The notes below the pieces were generated by a model. It ran no database searches. It was not told where the DNA came from and saw only the letters and a list, made by a program, of their open reading frames with translations. From Bacillota bacterium (GTDB lineage: Bacteria > Bacillota > Clostridia > Monoglobales > Firm-18): a stretch of DNA of 64,000 nucleotides. A program made the position numbers and the translations under genes. Where the stretch lies: contig JALOAJ010000010.1 of assembly GCA_023228885.1 (NCBI GenBank), positions 1,350-65,349 on the forward strand, read 5' to 3'. This document shows, in pieces, positions 46,767-58,900 of this stretch. Every line of letters starts with the position of its first letter. Within the stretch, counting starts at the first letter, position 1.

Positions 46767-48535
46767 GCCGAAAATCCAAGCTGATAAATTACATAAGAAA
46801 TTATCGCCTTAAAAGCATTTTTGTCAGAAACACCGCCTTAATCATAATTTTGGTTCTTATCCCCATTACGGTATTATCCTATATTTTGAATAAAAACTTT
46901 GATTCAACTCAGTTCAAGGAAAGCGCTTTAATAAATTTAAATGCGCTTACCGGAAATCGCGATTTGCTCGAAACTGTTATTGAGCAAAACAGGCTTTTGG
47001 CGGCAAACCTTACGCTGCACGAAGATATTCGGAGTTTTTTATTATTTAACGATAGCGACACATTCGCAAGCCATGTCGGCAGGGTATCTTCGGTTATTGA
47101 ACAATACACCTTGGTATATGATAATATTGATTCGATTTATATTTATTCGCAAAAAAATAATTTCGTTGTTTCTAAAAGGGCAAACGAGGGTTTTGAATTG
47201 TTCGGAGACAAATCATGGTATGAAATCAGCAATGACACACCCAAAAATACAGTTGACATAAGGCTTAGAAGGCGAGATGATTCCGGCTCTTATATTCTGT
47301 CCGCGTGCGCGCCCGTTAGGCTAAACGACAACTATTTGGGCGCTGTTGTCGTAAACATCAAAATGTCGGCGTTGCGGCGTATGATTGACGGCGCGAACAA
47401 TTCGTCGGTGCAGGATACATATGTGATAGACGAAAACGGGCGGATTATTTACAGCTTTAACAATCAATTGATTAGCAAACCATCCTCCGAGGTGGAAGCT
47501 CTTTGCGGTATCGAGAATGCAAGCCCGGGTCAAGCATACTTAGTTACCGACAAGGATGGGAAAAAGTTTTGCACAATGCTCGAATCGAGCAAATTTAACT
47601 GGAAATATGTTTCGGTGATGCAAAATGTGTTTGACCAAAGGAAAAACGACGGCGCCTTTTATTATAAAGTATTCATTTTTTTGTTTGCGTTCGTAACGGG
47701 GATTATAATTTCAATTACAATTTCCATAAAGGCGTTTAAGCCTATTGACACCATCGTTTCTGTTATAGACAAACCCGACAGATGGAACGAAAACCCCGAG
47801 GGAATGCTGAGAAATGAAATAAGGTATATAATTGACAACATTTTAAAAACCGTAAAAACAAATGAGCAGCTTAAAAATGAGCTAAGCGACAGAATCGGGC
47901 TGCTCAATTCATCGCATATAGCAATTCTTCAAGACCAAATAACCCCGCATTTTATTTATAATACGCTTGAGTCGATTAACTGGATGACGGTAGACTACTT
48001 AGGATATGAAAACAAGGTTTCCGAGGCGGTTTTATTGCTGTCAAAGCTTTTGCGGGCGTGCTCCGCCACCCACACATTTATGTCCTCCGTTAAGGAAGAA
48101 CTTGAGTATACAAGAATTTATGCGAGAATTTTGCGCATAAGGTTTGGAGATATGTTCGACATAGTTTTTAATGTTGAATCCGAAACCTTAAATTTACAGA
48201 CTATTAAGATGAGCCTTCAGCCGCTTATTGAAAACTCGGTATATCATGGCATAAAGCCGAAGCAAAAACGCGGGCGCATTGAGGTTCGGGGCTATATCAG
48301 CGGCGAAAACTTGGTTTTCGAGGTGGAGGATGATGGCGTGGGAATGACGGCGGAGGTAAAGAGTGGGATAAACGACACTTTTGCCAGAGCGTATATTTTA
48401 AAAGGCAAAAACCTTGGACTATCAAACCTCAGCCAAAGAATTAAATTGATTTTCGGGGAAAATTATTCGTTGGAAATAGTAAAAAGCGATGAACGCGGCA
48501 CGCTAATTCGCATGACGATGCCCAAGGTTACTTAA
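46763..48535 (+). CDS. sensor histidine kinase (YesM-like, His_kinase/HATPase_c)
   Basis: TTG start overlapping the regulator stop (TTGA). Two TM segments flank an extracytoplasmic domain. H-box QITPHFIYNTLESINWM and ATPase LQPLIENSVYHGI...DDGVGM...GLSNL. Confidence 0.9.
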   Translation: MSRKSKLINYIRNYRLKSIFVRNTALIIILVLIPITVLSYILNKNFDSTQFKESALINLNALTGNRDLLETVIEQNRLLAANLTLHEDIRSFLLFNDSDTFASHVGRVSSVIEQYTLVYDNIDSIYIYSQKNNFVVSKRANEGFELFGDKSWYEISNDTPKNTVDIRLRRRDDSGSYILSACAPVRLNDNYLGAVVVNIKMSALRRMIDGANNSSVQDTYVIDENGRIIYSFNNQLISKPSSEVEALCGIENASPGQAYLVTDKDGKKFCTMLESSKFNWKYVSVMQNVFDQRKNDGAFYYKVFIFLFAFVTGIIISITISIKAFKPIDTIVSVIDKPDRWNENPEGMLRNEIRYIIDNILKTVKTNEQLKNELSDRIGLLNSSHIAILQDQITPHFIYNTLESINWMTVDYLGYENKVSEAVLLLSKLLRACSATHTFMSSVKEELEYTRIYARILRIRFGDMFDIVFNVESETLNLQTIKMSLQPLIENSVYHGIKPKQKRGRIEVRGYISGENLVFEVEDDGVGMTAEVKSGINDTFARAYILKGKNLGLSNLSQRIKLIFGENYSLEIVKSDERGTLIRMTMPKVT

Positions 48536-48574
48536 AAAGGTTAAATTTCATACCAAAAGTAAAGATAGAACAGT

Positions 48575-48603
48575 TTAAAAGAAGGCATGATTTTAGATAT
48601 AAT
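48575..48603 (+). promoter_or_regulatory. weak candidate promoter ahead of the SBP/surface-protein genes
   Basis: TTAAAA (48575-48580), a 17-nt spacer, then TATAAT (48598-48603). The context is AT-rich, so this may be chance. Confidence 0.3.
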
Positions 48604-48642
48604 TAAAATATAAAAATAACTAAAAAAGGCGGGATTTACATT

Positions 48643-50169
48643 ATGGCAATTTTCATCAAAAAAACCATATGCGCTATATTGGCGGGCGTCATGGCGATTG
48701 CTATGCTTTCGGGATGCAACGGCACGGTTAAGCAGGGGGCGGAAAAGACCACGCTGAAGTGGATGATGCTTGGCCCCGGCGAACAGACAGACAGCCAAGC
48801 GGTTATGACGGAATTTAACAACAGGCTTGAAAAGGTAATGCCGGATGTAAACCTTGAACTGGAAATATATCCGATTGCAGACTATGACCAAAAATGGAAG
48901 CTTTATGCTGCCGCCAACGCAGCGTTAGACCTTGCATGGACGGGCTGGCTTGTGGACATAATCGGAACGGTCAACGGCAGCGCATATATGCAGCTTGATG
49001 ACTTGATTGAAGAATATGCGCCGGATATAAAAAATGAAATCCCCGACCAATACTTTAAGAAAATAAACGGCGGCACATATTTCGTGCCCAACTATCAAAT
49101 GATGTTTAAAAGCCCGGTGGGGTTACGCACGCATAAAGAGATTTCAGATAAATACTGGGATGTTAAAAGGGCGGCGGAAATTTTCGCCCAAAACGACACG
49201 ATGAACGAGGCGTGCTATGATGTTATAGAGGAATACCTTAAAAACGCGAAGGAAAACGGAGACATAAAACTTGGCGTCAGCCCGCCAACATTTATTTTTA
49301 CAAAGGGAAAAGGCTATTATAATGTAGGGGGCATATGCGGAGTAAGGATTTCAGATAAAAGTTTGAGGGTAGTTGCAAACTTTGAAATGCCGGAAACAAA
49401 GCTGTACTTTGACAAAATGGCGCAATGGTACCAAAAGGGTTACATACGGAAAGACATTATTACCGTGCAGGACCCTCGCTCGTATGACGGAAAACAGGAT
49501 GGTTCGCTTATTTGGGCGCACAGCTATTTTAAAGGAGATAACGAAAAGGAAACCGCACAGTATGGTTTTCCCATTGAAGTGGTGCCTATGGATAAGCGGT
49601 ATTATTACGATGGAGAAATCACAAGCACAGGCACTGCTATTCCACGCGGAAGCAAAAACCCCGAGACGGCAATGAAGCTGTTGAATCTGATGAACACCAA
49701 AAAGGGTGCAGAGCTTTATAATCTTTTGGTATTCGGACTTGAGGGGCAGCATTATAAAAAAATATCGGACATCAGAATTGAAACCTTCGATTACGCCGAT
49801 ATCGGGCAAAGCAACAGTAAATACGGTCTTTGGAAGTGGGCTGTGGGAAACACCTTCAACGCATACCTTAACCAAGCGTACGCAGATGATTATAATGACT
49901 ACATAAAAGGGTTAAATGAGGAAGTTTTGGTGGACCCCATTCCCCTGATAGATTTCGTGCTTGATAAATCGTCAATCACCACCGAGCTTGCACAATGTCA
50001 GGCTGTGTCGAGGGAATTTCAAAATTCATTGGCAACAGGCACCCTTCCGGACCATGAATCGGTATATGCTGAAATGGTGAGCAAAATGAAAAAGGCGGGG
50101 TCGGATAAAATCGTTGCCGAGACACAGCGTCAAGTGGATGAATACCTTAAGGCATATGCCGACAGATAA
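48643..50169 (+). CDS. extracellular solute-binding lipoprotein (LplA-type)
   Basis: Lipobox MLSGC, 508 aa, family-1 SBP-like. Confidence 0.85.
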   Translation: MAIFIKKTICAILAGVMAIAMLSGCNGTVKQGAEKTTLKWMMLGPGEQTDSQAVMTEFNNRLEKVMPDVNLELEIYPIADYDQKWKLYAAANAALDLAWTGWLVDIIGTVNGSAYMQLDDLIEEYAPDIKNEIPDQYFKKINGGTYFVPNYQMMFKSPVGLRTHKEISDKYWDVKRAAEIFAQNDTMNEACYDVIEEYLKNAKENGDIKLGVSPPTFIFTKGKGYYNVGGICGVRISDKSLRVVANFEMPETKLYFDKMAQWYQKGYIRKDIITVQDPRSYDGKQDGSLIWAHSYFKGDNEKETAQYGFPIEVVPMDKRYYYDGEITSTGTAIPRGSKNPETAMKLLNLMNTKKGAELYNLLVFGLEGQHYKKISDIRIETFDYADIGQSNSKYGLWKWAVGNTFNAYLNQAYADDYNDYIKGLNEEVLVDPIPLIDFVLDKSSITTELAQCQAVSREFQNSLATGTLPDHESVYAEMVSKMKKAGSDKIVAETQRQVDEYLKAYADR

Positions 50170-50217
50170 GCGGCGAAGCTTTTTATGGTCGCAATATATA
50201 GGGAATGGATGTGTAAT

Positions 50218-53115
50218 ATGATGATGGCAATAAGGAAGAACATTGCAGTATTATTGCTTGCTTTTATTACGGCTGCTTATTTCAGCACGGCGCATCTTGG
50301 CTTGAATGCCGTATACGGCGAGGAATTGGCGCCGGAAACTTCTGAGCAATCCATCGGCGGCAGCCCGTTAGGAGAACCTATTCCCTTTGAATTGGGAGAG
50401 GCTCCTATTGTGCTGGCGGATGATTATGCAAATATTATACTTGGCGCCGACAACACCATGGAATATTCAACGGATGGCGGCGCAGAATATCAGCCGTATG
50501 ATTATGCCGATTGCCCTGTTTTTTCGGGCAATGTATCCGTCATGGTGCGCTATGCCGCAACGGAAGAAAACGGGGGGCAGCCAAGCGGTGCGGCAGTTTT
50601 AACATTTACCGAAAATCCGGAATCGATGGGTATTTTCGAATATGATTTTGACAATTGTGAAATTGAGGAGCTTGTTAAGCATTTTACAAAGCTAAGACTG
50701 GTTGCCAGGTATGACCCATTGGACGAAACGAATATAGCGGGGTTTTGGTATTTTTTTGATACGGAATTGACGGGCAAAACTGATGGTCAACGAAACACGC
50801 TATTTTCTTTTCCTGCAAGCAAGGGCGTTATTGCAATTCGGCAAAAGCTGCTCTTTACAGGGAGTTCCACGGATTTTGAATTAACCGTCAGCTTGAGGGG
50901 TTCAAGCAGCCAGCTTACTACCCTTACGGTAATAAAAGAAAATTCGTACGGGCAGTTGTTCAAGGACCATGAATGGCATGAGGTTCTTTATTTGGTGGAT
51001 ACCGACAATCAAGTTGTAGATGAGTATGCAGACGGAGTGTTTATCCGCACCACCAAAAATTCAGCGGTAGATTCAAGCGTGGGGCTAAGGTCGCTTGAAT
51101 ACAGAGTTCAAGGCAATTCAACCACCCCCACCCAGCTGTGGATGGACGATGTCAGCGTTTACAGATATGCGCCCGACTTTTCGGGGCTTAACAGCGCAGT
51201 TGCCGAAAGCGGAACAGCACTCGGCTCGGCGGTTGCGGGCAAAGAGCCCGGCAATTATCCAAATCAGGCGATTGACAACTTTAAAGATGCAGTTGAGGCG
51301 GCAAAGTTAGTGCTTTTTAAGACAAGGGCATCGCAAGGTGAAATTATCGATGCAGAGCTTGCGCTTACAGACGCCAAGCTGTTGTTTGACCAAAGCCGAA
51401 TAATTACAAACGACGAAGCGGTTGAAAAGGATGCCGAAGAAATAAAAATTCCCGCCGCTACAAAAACAAGCTTTGAGCTTAAAACAGTCGGCATATACGG
51501 TTCTGCCATAACATGGAGCTCGTCAAACAACGATGTGATATCGAAAGACGGTGTTGTACAACGCCCCAAATGGCATGAGGAAGATACCGAGGTTATTTTA
51601 ACAGCGACAATAAAAAAAGGAACAAGCGAGGCTGTCCGTAGCTTTAGTGTTATTGTAACGGGAACAGGGCGGGAAATAGACGGTCGGCTGTTTGCGGTAA
51701 GAGAGTTGTATTTTGAAGATTATGAGGGCAAGGAGCTCGAAACAGTTTACGCTGTTGGGGATGGGTGGAAGTCGGTTGTTGCGGAGGACCCTCGGGGCTC
51801 GGGAAACTGTAAAAAGGCGGAGCCGTCCGGTCCGTCCCAGGCGGCAGACATTAAAAATGAATTTGCCCTGTCTAAAGGGAATTTGCTTGTGTCAGCCGAT
51901 GTTTTTTTAAACGGCGGCATTGGGCAGGCATATTATATAAATTTGTACGGCAACCAAAGCGAAAAAGCGGGGCTTACCCTAAAGGTAGCAGGCGATAAAG
52001 TTTCTGTACTTTCTGGCAGCGAAATTATCTCGTTTACTCCTGACAATGATTTTGCCGACAACTGGCAAAGGGTTGAGTTTAACATTAACCTAAGCAAAGC
52101 AAGCGCCGGTATTTTTGTAAACGGCGTCAAAAAGGCAGGCAAGGAAAATTTGTCGGCGTTGACCGCAATATCGGGAACCGGATTTAAGGCGTTTTCGGAA
52201 GCCTTTGACGCGCAAACGGATGTATATATCGATAATCTTGAAGTAACTGAGCTTGTTGACAAACAAGCTTTATCGGTAAAAATCAAAAATGCCGATGACC
52301 GCTTAAAAGGGCTTAATACAAGCGATTATGTGGAAAGCGGAATCAACTCGTTTAAAAGAGCGTTAACGGACGCCCAAGCCGTGTACCTGGCGGAAAACAG
52401 CAATCAAATTCAGGTTGATAACGCAGCCGCCTTGCTTGACGATGCGTATGATTATTTGGTCTTGAAAAGCAAAAACAAATCGGGGGGCATGGCGTCGTCA
52501 GGCGGCGGTACAAGCTACAACACGCCTGTGGTTGCTGCACCGCCTGCCAATGATGCCGCGCAAGGGGCGGCTAACTTTAGCGACCTTCAAGGGCATTGGG
52601 CAAGCGAGGATATTGAGTATCTTGCATCAAAAGGCAAAATAAACGGCGTAGGCGGAGGGCTTTTTGACCCAGATTCGCTTATAACAAGGGCGCAGTTTGC
52701 CGTTTTAATATCAAGGATATTGGAAATCGGAGCGGGCGGCGGCATTAAGTTTGCCGATATCAATCCGGGCGATTGGTATGAAGCTGATATAGCCGCTGTG
52801 GCGCAGACCGGAATAATAAGCGGGTTTGAAGGAAAATTTCGACCGAATGATCCGATTACGAGGCAGGAATCTGCCAAAATAATGGCGGGGGCGTTAAGGT
52901 ATAAAAGCCTTGGCGATGCCGCCGGAGAGATTTCTTTTGCCGATAGTCAAAGCATTGACGATTGGGCGTATGAGGACATAAAGCTGGTGTTTTCCTCCGG
53001 TCTTATGCGCGGGTCGGATGATAACCTCTTTTTGCCCGCGGAATATGCGACAAGGGCGCAGGCTGCAACAATTTTAAGACGGTTTTTGGATATTGCATCC
53101 GCAGCAGGCAATTAA
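50218..53115 (+). CDS. SLH-anchored surface protein with two beta-sandwich + helical modules and an Ig-like domain
   Basis: Signal peptide MMMAIRKNIAVLLLAFITAAYF; the start could be anywhere in 50209-50224. The beta-sandwich modules end in QLWMDDVSVYRY and DVYIDNLEVTEL. Each is followed by a helical segment (e.g. NQAIDNFKDAVEAAKLV...). Ig-like: ITWSSSNNDVISKDGVV...VILTATIKKG. It has three C-terminal SLH repeats (FSDLQGHWASEDIEYLASKGKINGV...). Confidence 0.8.
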   Translation: MMMAIRKNIAVLLLAFITAAYFSTAHLGLNAVYGEELAPETSEQSIGGSPLGEPIPFELGEAPIVLADDYANIILGADNTMEYSTDGGAEYQPYDYADCPVFSGNVSVMVRYAATEENGGQPSGAAVLTFTENPESMGIFEYDFDNCEIEELVKHFTKLRLVARYDPLDETNIAGFWYFFDTELTGKTDGQRNTLFSFPASKGVIAIRQKLLFTGSSTDFELTVSLRGSSSQLTTLTVIKENSYGQLFKDHEWHEVLYLVDTDNQVVDEYADGVFIRTTKNSAVDSSVGLRSLEYRVQGNSTTPTQLWMDDVSVYRYAPDFSGLNSAVAESGTALGSAVAGKEPGNYPNQAIDNFKDAVEAAKLVLFKTRASQGEIIDAELALTDAKLLFDQSRIITNDEAVEKDAEEIKIPAATKTSFELKTVGIYGSAITWSSSNNDVISKDGVVQRPKWHEEDTEVILTATIKKGTSEAVRSFSVIVTGTGREIDGRLFAVRELYFEDYEGKELETVYAVGDGWKSVVAEDPRGSGNCKKAEPSGPSQAADIKNEFALSKGNLLVSADVFLNGGIGQAYYINLYGNQSEKAGLTLKVAGDKVSVLSGSEIISFTPDNDFADNWQRVEFNINLSKASAGIFVNGVKKAGKENLSALTAISGTGFKAFSEAFDAQTDVYIDNLEVTELVDKQALSVKIKNADDRLKGLNTSDYVESGINSFKRALTDAQAVYLAENSNQIQVDNAAALLDDAYDYLVLKSKNKSGGMASSGGGTSYNTPVVAAPPANDAAQGAANFSDLQGHWASEDIEYLASKGKINGVGGGLFDPDSLITRAQFAVLISRILEIGAGGGIKFADINPGDWYEADIAAVAQTGIISGFEGKFRPNDPITRQESAKIMAGALRYKSLGDAAGEISFADSQSIDDWAYEDIKLVFSSGLMRGSDDNLFLPAEYATRAQAATILRRFLDIASAAGN

Positions 53116-53140
53116 AATGTATAAGGAGTGAGTTTGCATT

Positions 53141-55888
53141 ATGACTGTAAGGCGAATTGTGGCTAAAATTATCATAGCGGCCCTAATTATGCAGCAATGC
53201 TTAATGATTACGATTGGGGCAGAAGACGCTTACTATAAAAACGCTTCAGGCATTTTGGCATCGCTGGGAATAACGGATGAATTGGGCGAGGAAGGTCAGG
53301 CGGCGGAGGATACCGTTTTAAGGGGAGATTTTACCGTAGCGGTTATAAGGTTTTTAGGTCTTTATGAAGCTGCGGAGGCAGCACCGTTCGCCACGGATTT
53401 TTATGATGTGACAATCAGCCACCCTGCAAGCGGCAGCATTAACATCGCGTTGCAGTTGGGCATTATTTCCCATAATGAGCGGCACATGTTTTTCCCGGAC
53501 GATATGCTCACCTTTGAACAAGCCGTAAAAATGGTGGTGTCGGCGCTTAGATATGACGCTCCCGCGCAGTCAAGAGGAGGATTTCCTCATGGCTATGTAT
53601 TTATTGCATCGCAACTGGGGCTGCTCAAAGGAATAGGAGAAGCGTCCGGCGCCGAAATAAGCAGGCGAGATGCCGTTATTTTGCTTTACAATGCGCTGGG
53701 CATTGATGCGGCGGTTACCAAATACGATAAAGCAGGCGAGGCGCTGCAGTTTGACACGGGTATGTCCAACCTTGCGGCAAACCAAAGTTCTCAAATCTCA
53801 AGGGGTATGATTACCGCCACTAAAAGCGTTTCATTAAAGGGCAATGCGGGGTTAGCAGATGATGAGGTTGCAATCGACATTAAGTCGGGTTCGGGAATTA
53901 TAAACGAAAATTTTAAAATCGGAATGACGAATGCGCCGGAATTGCTGGGCAGGAATGTCAGATTTCTATATAAAGAAACGCGTGATGGCGAAAAAACCAT
54001 TTTATATATTTCGGAAGATGAAAACGCAACGGAAACCATAACGATAGAAAACGATAAAATCAGCGGCGTAACCGGCGTGCAAACGGCAAACGCAACGGTA
54101 ACCTATATCGATGAGCAGGTGGATATGCAACATAAGTTGCAGATTAGCGAGAAGGCCGTCTATATTTACAACGGGGGCGTAATATCGGAAGTTCAAGACA
54201 GCGATTTGATACCTGAAATAGGATACATAACCCTTATCGAGAATACAGGCGATAATAAATATGACATTGTGTTTATTACGGATTTCACAATTGGCGTTGT
54301 ATCGGCAGTTGCCGTTGACCAACCTGTGATTTTCACCAAAGGCGCAAATACATATGATTTGGGAATGTTTGGGTCGGGCTCGGAATGGACGGTAATGAAA
54401 GAAGACAGCAAAATTTCTTATGCAGACCTCCGCGAATGGGATGCAATCGCAGTGGCAAGAAGCAGGGATAAAAAGGTGACATATATTCAAGCTTGCGAAA
54501 CTGTAATAAGCGGTGTTGTTTCGGAAATATCCGATGAAGGCTATGGAATTGACGGGCAATTTTACAAGGTAAGGGATACTGCGAATTTGAGTAGTATAAA
54601 AATAGGCGCAAGCGGCGATTTTCTTTTGGACTGTTTCGGCGGCATAGCGTGGGTTAAATTAGCGGAGGAGGAGCAGGACGAATATGTTTACCTCATCAAA
54701 GCAACTAAAACAAAGGGTATGTCAAACATATATAGATTTATGCTTTTGGATGAAAGCTCGGAAGTAAAGGTTTTAGAGGTTGACCCTAAGGTAATAATAA
54801 ACGACGAGAAGTTGAAGGGAGATTTGCTTGCTGCGCTCCAACTCACGAATGCGGATGGAACAAAGGTGTATTTTAACCCCGGGGGCACGGATGAAAAAAC
54901 AACTCAGCTTGGCGCCGGAGTTACGCAGGAGGAAGCGGAGGCAGGTGTGGCGGCGGGGGTTTATCAAAGAAGGGTAGACCAATTGCTAAAGGTTCGTATT
55001 TCAGAGGATAATATAATAAAAAACATTGAAAAGGCAGAGCCGGTTCCATATTCATCAAATTTTTCAAAAGATTTTGACGGAAACAGCACATCCAACGGCG
55101 CCGGACGGGTGGGAAGATTTAAAATTACCGAGAACACGCTTATTTATCAGGTTCCCGCCTTCGTTGCCAATTTGAGCAATTTAAAGTATTATCAAAAGGT
55201 TAACAGGGGCGCCTTTACCAAGGACAATCAATTTGGCATACAGATATACGATTCAAGCGATTTAAATGTTGCAAGGGTAGCAATCTTAAAAACAACAAAG
55301 GGCGGGAGCTCGGGTAATGTCAACATTCAAGCGCGGTCTGCCTTTGTTGAAAGGATAACCGAAATGGTTAACGAAGAAGGGCAAGTAGTATGGGCTGCCA
55401 AAATGTTTTGGAGGGGGGAGGAAGTTTTAAAGCAAGCAGTATTTAGTGATGATGACGATTTAATTTCCATTCCGCAAACCCCGATTTGTATTAAGGATGT
55501 TGCATTTAGAGATTTAAAATACGGAGATATTATACAATTTAATTTAAACGCCGATGGCTACATTGATGCTTTTAAGGTTGTGTTTAGGGCGTCGGACAAT
55601 ATGCCTTATTTCGACAAGATGGAAATGGGCGCGGCTCACGACCCCAGAAATAACATAGTGAACGGCGAAATAATAATTCGCGACGGCAAAACAATTGCGT
55701 TTGCCACATCAAGCGAGCAACCCATTCGAAGGGTTGTGAATATTGCCAATGATACCGGGGTGTTGGAGTATTCGCCCGAAAGGAACAAATATATCGTTAG
55801 CGACGAAAGCTATTTGCAAAAGGGGAAAAAGGTGGTTTTGCATATTTATATGGAAAAACTCAACGATGTTCTTATTTTGCCCGATTGA
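53141..55888 (+). CDS. cell-surface protein with N-terminal SLH repeats and an uncharacterised body (paralog of 9545..12295)
   Basis: Signal peptide, then SLH-like FYDVTISHPASGSINIALQLGIISHNERHMFFPDDMLTFEQAVKMVVSAL. Collinear blocks with the locus-A protein include GGFPHGYVFIAS / GGYPEGYLISAG and GYITLIENTGDNKYDIVFITDF / GYITFISNDGGSEYNVLLFNEY. Confidence 0.75.
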   Translation: MTVRRIVAKIIIAALIMQQCLMITIGAEDAYYKNASGILASLGITDELGEEGQAAEDTVLRGDFTVAVIRFLGLYEAAEAAPFATDFYDVTISHPASGSINIALQLGIISHNERHMFFPDDMLTFEQAVKMVVSALRYDAPAQSRGGFPHGYVFIASQLGLLKGIGEASGAEISRRDAVILLYNALGIDAAVTKYDKAGEALQFDTGMSNLAANQSSQISRGMITATKSVSLKGNAGLADDEVAIDIKSGSGIINENFKIGMTNAPELLGRNVRFLYKETRDGEKTILYISEDENATETITIENDKISGVTGVQTANATVTYIDEQVDMQHKLQISEKAVYIYNGGVISEVQDSDLIPEIGYITLIENTGDNKYDIVFITDFTIGVVSAVAVDQPVIFTKGANTYDLGMFGSGSEWTVMKEDSKISYADLREWDAIAVARSRDKKVTYIQACETVISGVVSEISDEGYGIDGQFYKVRDTANLSSIKIGASGDFLLDCFGGIAWVKLAEEEQDEYVYLIKATKTKGMSNIYRFMLLDESSEVKVLEVDPKVIINDEKLKGDLLAALQLTNADGTKVYFNPGGTDEKTTQLGAGVTQEEAEAGVAAGVYQRRVDQLLKVRISEDNIIKNIEKAEPVPYSSNFSKDFDGNSTSNGAGRVGRFKITENTLIYQVPAFVANLSNLKYYQKVNRGAFTKDNQFGIQIYDSSDLNVARVAILKTTKGGSSGNVNIQARSAFVERITEMVNEEGQVVWAAKMFWRGEEVLKQAVFSDDDDLISIPQTPICIKDVAFRDLKYGDIIQFNLNADGYIDAFKVVFRASDNMPYFDKMEMGAAHDPRNNIVNGEIIIRDGKTIAFATSSEQPIRRVVNIANDTGVLEYSPERNKYIVSDESYLQKGKKVVLHIYMEKLNDVLILPD

Positions 55889-55914
55889 CCAAGTTTTGTT
55901 TAGGAGGGAAAAAA

Positions 55915-58900
55915 GTGAAAAAATTTTTATCGCAGCTTATTGCCATTGTCTTTTTGTTGCAAATATTTAATCCCGCGGCGGTTGCCGTGCGGGCGGCAGA
56001 ACAAGACTATGTTAAAAAATTACTCTATTTTAACGACTATCAAAAGTATAAGGCAGGTCAGAAAATTTTTACGAACGGCAACTACAACATTGAGGCGGAG
56101 GTTGACCCGACAGACGAGAAAAATATGACCGCACGCCAACTGTTTAGCGACAAAGCCACAAGCGGGTTTGTGGATTCGGTTGCGCTTGATATTCAAGAAA
56201 CCTCAAGCGGAACGCTAATTATGGAAATGGATGTAATGATTAATTCCGTTAAGGGTTCGGGCGTCAGCCAGATTATGTACATGAGGTGCAACAATAATAA
56301 TGTGCTCACCTTGTGGACAATATCGCCCGGCGGCATCGGTCAAGTTTCACCCGAGTTTAACCAATGGTACAAGATGGTCAAAATTTTAAATTTGGATGAA
56401 TCCACGGTAGATACCCTTGTTTTGGACAACAACGGAAAAATTTTATTCGAGGCGAAGGGTGCGGGAATGCCAAAAAATATTGATACTTCGATAGGGTTTA
56501 AAAATTTCTATCTTAGATACATGGGTTCCCCAGGCGGTGAAAATAAAATTTATGTCGATAACCTAAAGGTGTATAAAGCGGATAAGGAAATGTTTTTGCT
56601 GGAAACGGAGAAAAACAGCAAGTCCGCAGCATTAAACGAAAGATATTATTCGGAGCCCCTGCAAAAGAAACTGTTAAATGCGGTTGTTATTTATGTGGGG
56701 CAGCCGTGGTCGTATGTAAACAATGTGCTTAAGCTTATAGACGAGGAAAACCCATCTGTTACGCCGCAAATTGTCGATGGCAGAACGCTTGTGCCTGTGC
56801 GCTTTATTGCTGAAAGCAGCGGCGCGAAGGTTGGATGGAACTCTGAAACATCGCAGGTTACCGTATCGGGCGGCGGTGTAGACATCAAGCTGACTCTTGG
56901 TCAGAAAGAGATGCTTGTAAACGGCAAGTCGGTTAAACTGGATGTTGCCGCCCAAACAATCCAAGACAGAACCATGCTCCCGCTGCGCAGCGTGATTGAA
57001 GCTTTGAACAAGCAACTGTTTTGGGATGACCGTGGTATAATTGTAGTAAGCGGAATAAAAAATATGTTCGATTCGCAAAAGGATGGCGCATTTCTTGACG
57101 AGCTGTGGAAGGTGCGCTTTGGCATGAATTTGTCTGTTGACAAAACGGAAATCAAAGACGGGGGTTATGCCGATGATTATGAGCAACGCATAGCGGCGTT
57201 TAAAAACAGAAACTCGGCTGAGGAGACCAAAATTCTTGCGGATGAGTTTTTTGCCATGATTGATTTGGAGTTGCCCGTTTTGGCAGATGTAAAAGAAAAA
57301 TATAATTTGGGAGACCATTCCGGAGCGCTTGAAGCTTATCATGCGTTTTTTATGGATTGGGTAAAAACCCTTCCGAAAGAATATGACCTGCCCTTTGAAA
57401 AGGGCAGCCCAAACAACCAGGCGGCAGATTTTTTAATGAACAACACCTTTTTAAGGGGAAATCAGGCGCTGTTTTTGGGCGAGCCCGGCGGAATAAATTG
57501 GGAGCATAACAAAAAGCAATCGTCTTTTTCATCGGAATATTTTAATTCCTCAAACCCCATGTATCAACTGTATCAGTTTAACGGGCTGTTCGACAGGTAC
57601 ATGAACACGGGTAACGCAAGCCTTATAATGAAGTGGAGTGAATATATAGACGATTGGTGCATTAACGAAAGGGGTTACAGGGAACTCAACCCCGCAGAAG
57701 TAGGAGATAATATGCGCGGTACGGGGGTTGTTGCCGACCAGATATTCCAAATAAAGACCGCCGTTAACAAATATCCGGCTACCGAGCATGCGTTGCCTGC
57801 AAACACGCTGGCAAGGTTTTTGGCGAAAATGGTGATTGAATACCCGCCCGTATGGATTACATATATGCGTTCGAACCCTCAAAACTGGTCAACACAGCTG
57901 GCATCGGATACTGAGGTAACGGGGCTGATACTAAAGCAGATTGGTTTTAAATGCGCGCAGTATCTTATCGATGCGGGCAGATTGAGGGTTGAAAGCCTGT
58001 CAACGGTTCACGGCTTGAAGGACGGAACCGACCATGAGCAAAACCTGCATTATGATATGGAGCATTTGGTACATTCAATAGGCGAAACATATACGATTTA
58101 CGATACTGTTTTAAAAGGATATATGCCTGATTGGTGGATGAACATACAAAAGGACAACATGATGAGAAGGGGAAATTTTCTTTTGCATATGCTCACCGTG
58201 GAAGGGCGTTACCCATCAGGCTGCAGAATTGATTTGCGGCAGTTTAAAGGCGATGTTGTAAAACTCTTGCAACAGCGTGTGCCCGAACTGCTTGAAAAAC
58301 CTGAAAATGAAGCTTTGCTGGCAGCGATACCCAACGGTGAGGCGGAGCCGCCGTTTAAATCGGAATGGTTCCCGTATGGCGGTTTTTATAACCTGCGTGA
58401 GGGCTGGAAAAAGGATAGCCAGTATGCGTTTATGTTCGGTTCACCCCACCCTGCCAATTATGATTTTAGAGTTTCAAAGGGGAACAATGTTTTGGCTCTC
58501 AGCGCTTTCGGGCGTGATATGCTGGTTCATGGCGAGGTGGGGAATTATGACACCGTTCAATCACCTGTTCTTGTTGATGGGCAGGAGCAAAATTATAATG
58601 CCGGTATCGGCACATGGGGTCATCGACATTTTATGACGACAGGATGGGATAACCCCGCCGACCTTCGCTGGCACACCTCTGAAAACTACGACTTTGCGGA
58701 ATCGGTATACAGCGGGAAGTTTGGCAAGCAAAATGCGGAAGCGGCCTCAGAATCAAATTTGGTGAAGGAAATAGACCCGGAACAATACAACAGCGTTTAT
58801 GGTGATGCCATAGTGGATATAAGTTTTGAGGCGCAGCAAAAGGAAGCGTTAAATGTGCTAAACAGCGTTGTGCATACAAGGCAGGTGGGCTTTGCCAGGG

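Noticed and set aside
48541-48891. 116-aa minus-strand ORF spanning the kinase-SBP intergenic region
   Set aside because: It overlaps the well-supported SBP start and signal peptide on the opposite strand, and it has no motif support.
56674-57342. 222-aa minus-strand ORF inside the 1493-aa gene
   Set aside because: It is antisense to a gene with clear domain motifs. There is no RBS and the composition is implausible.
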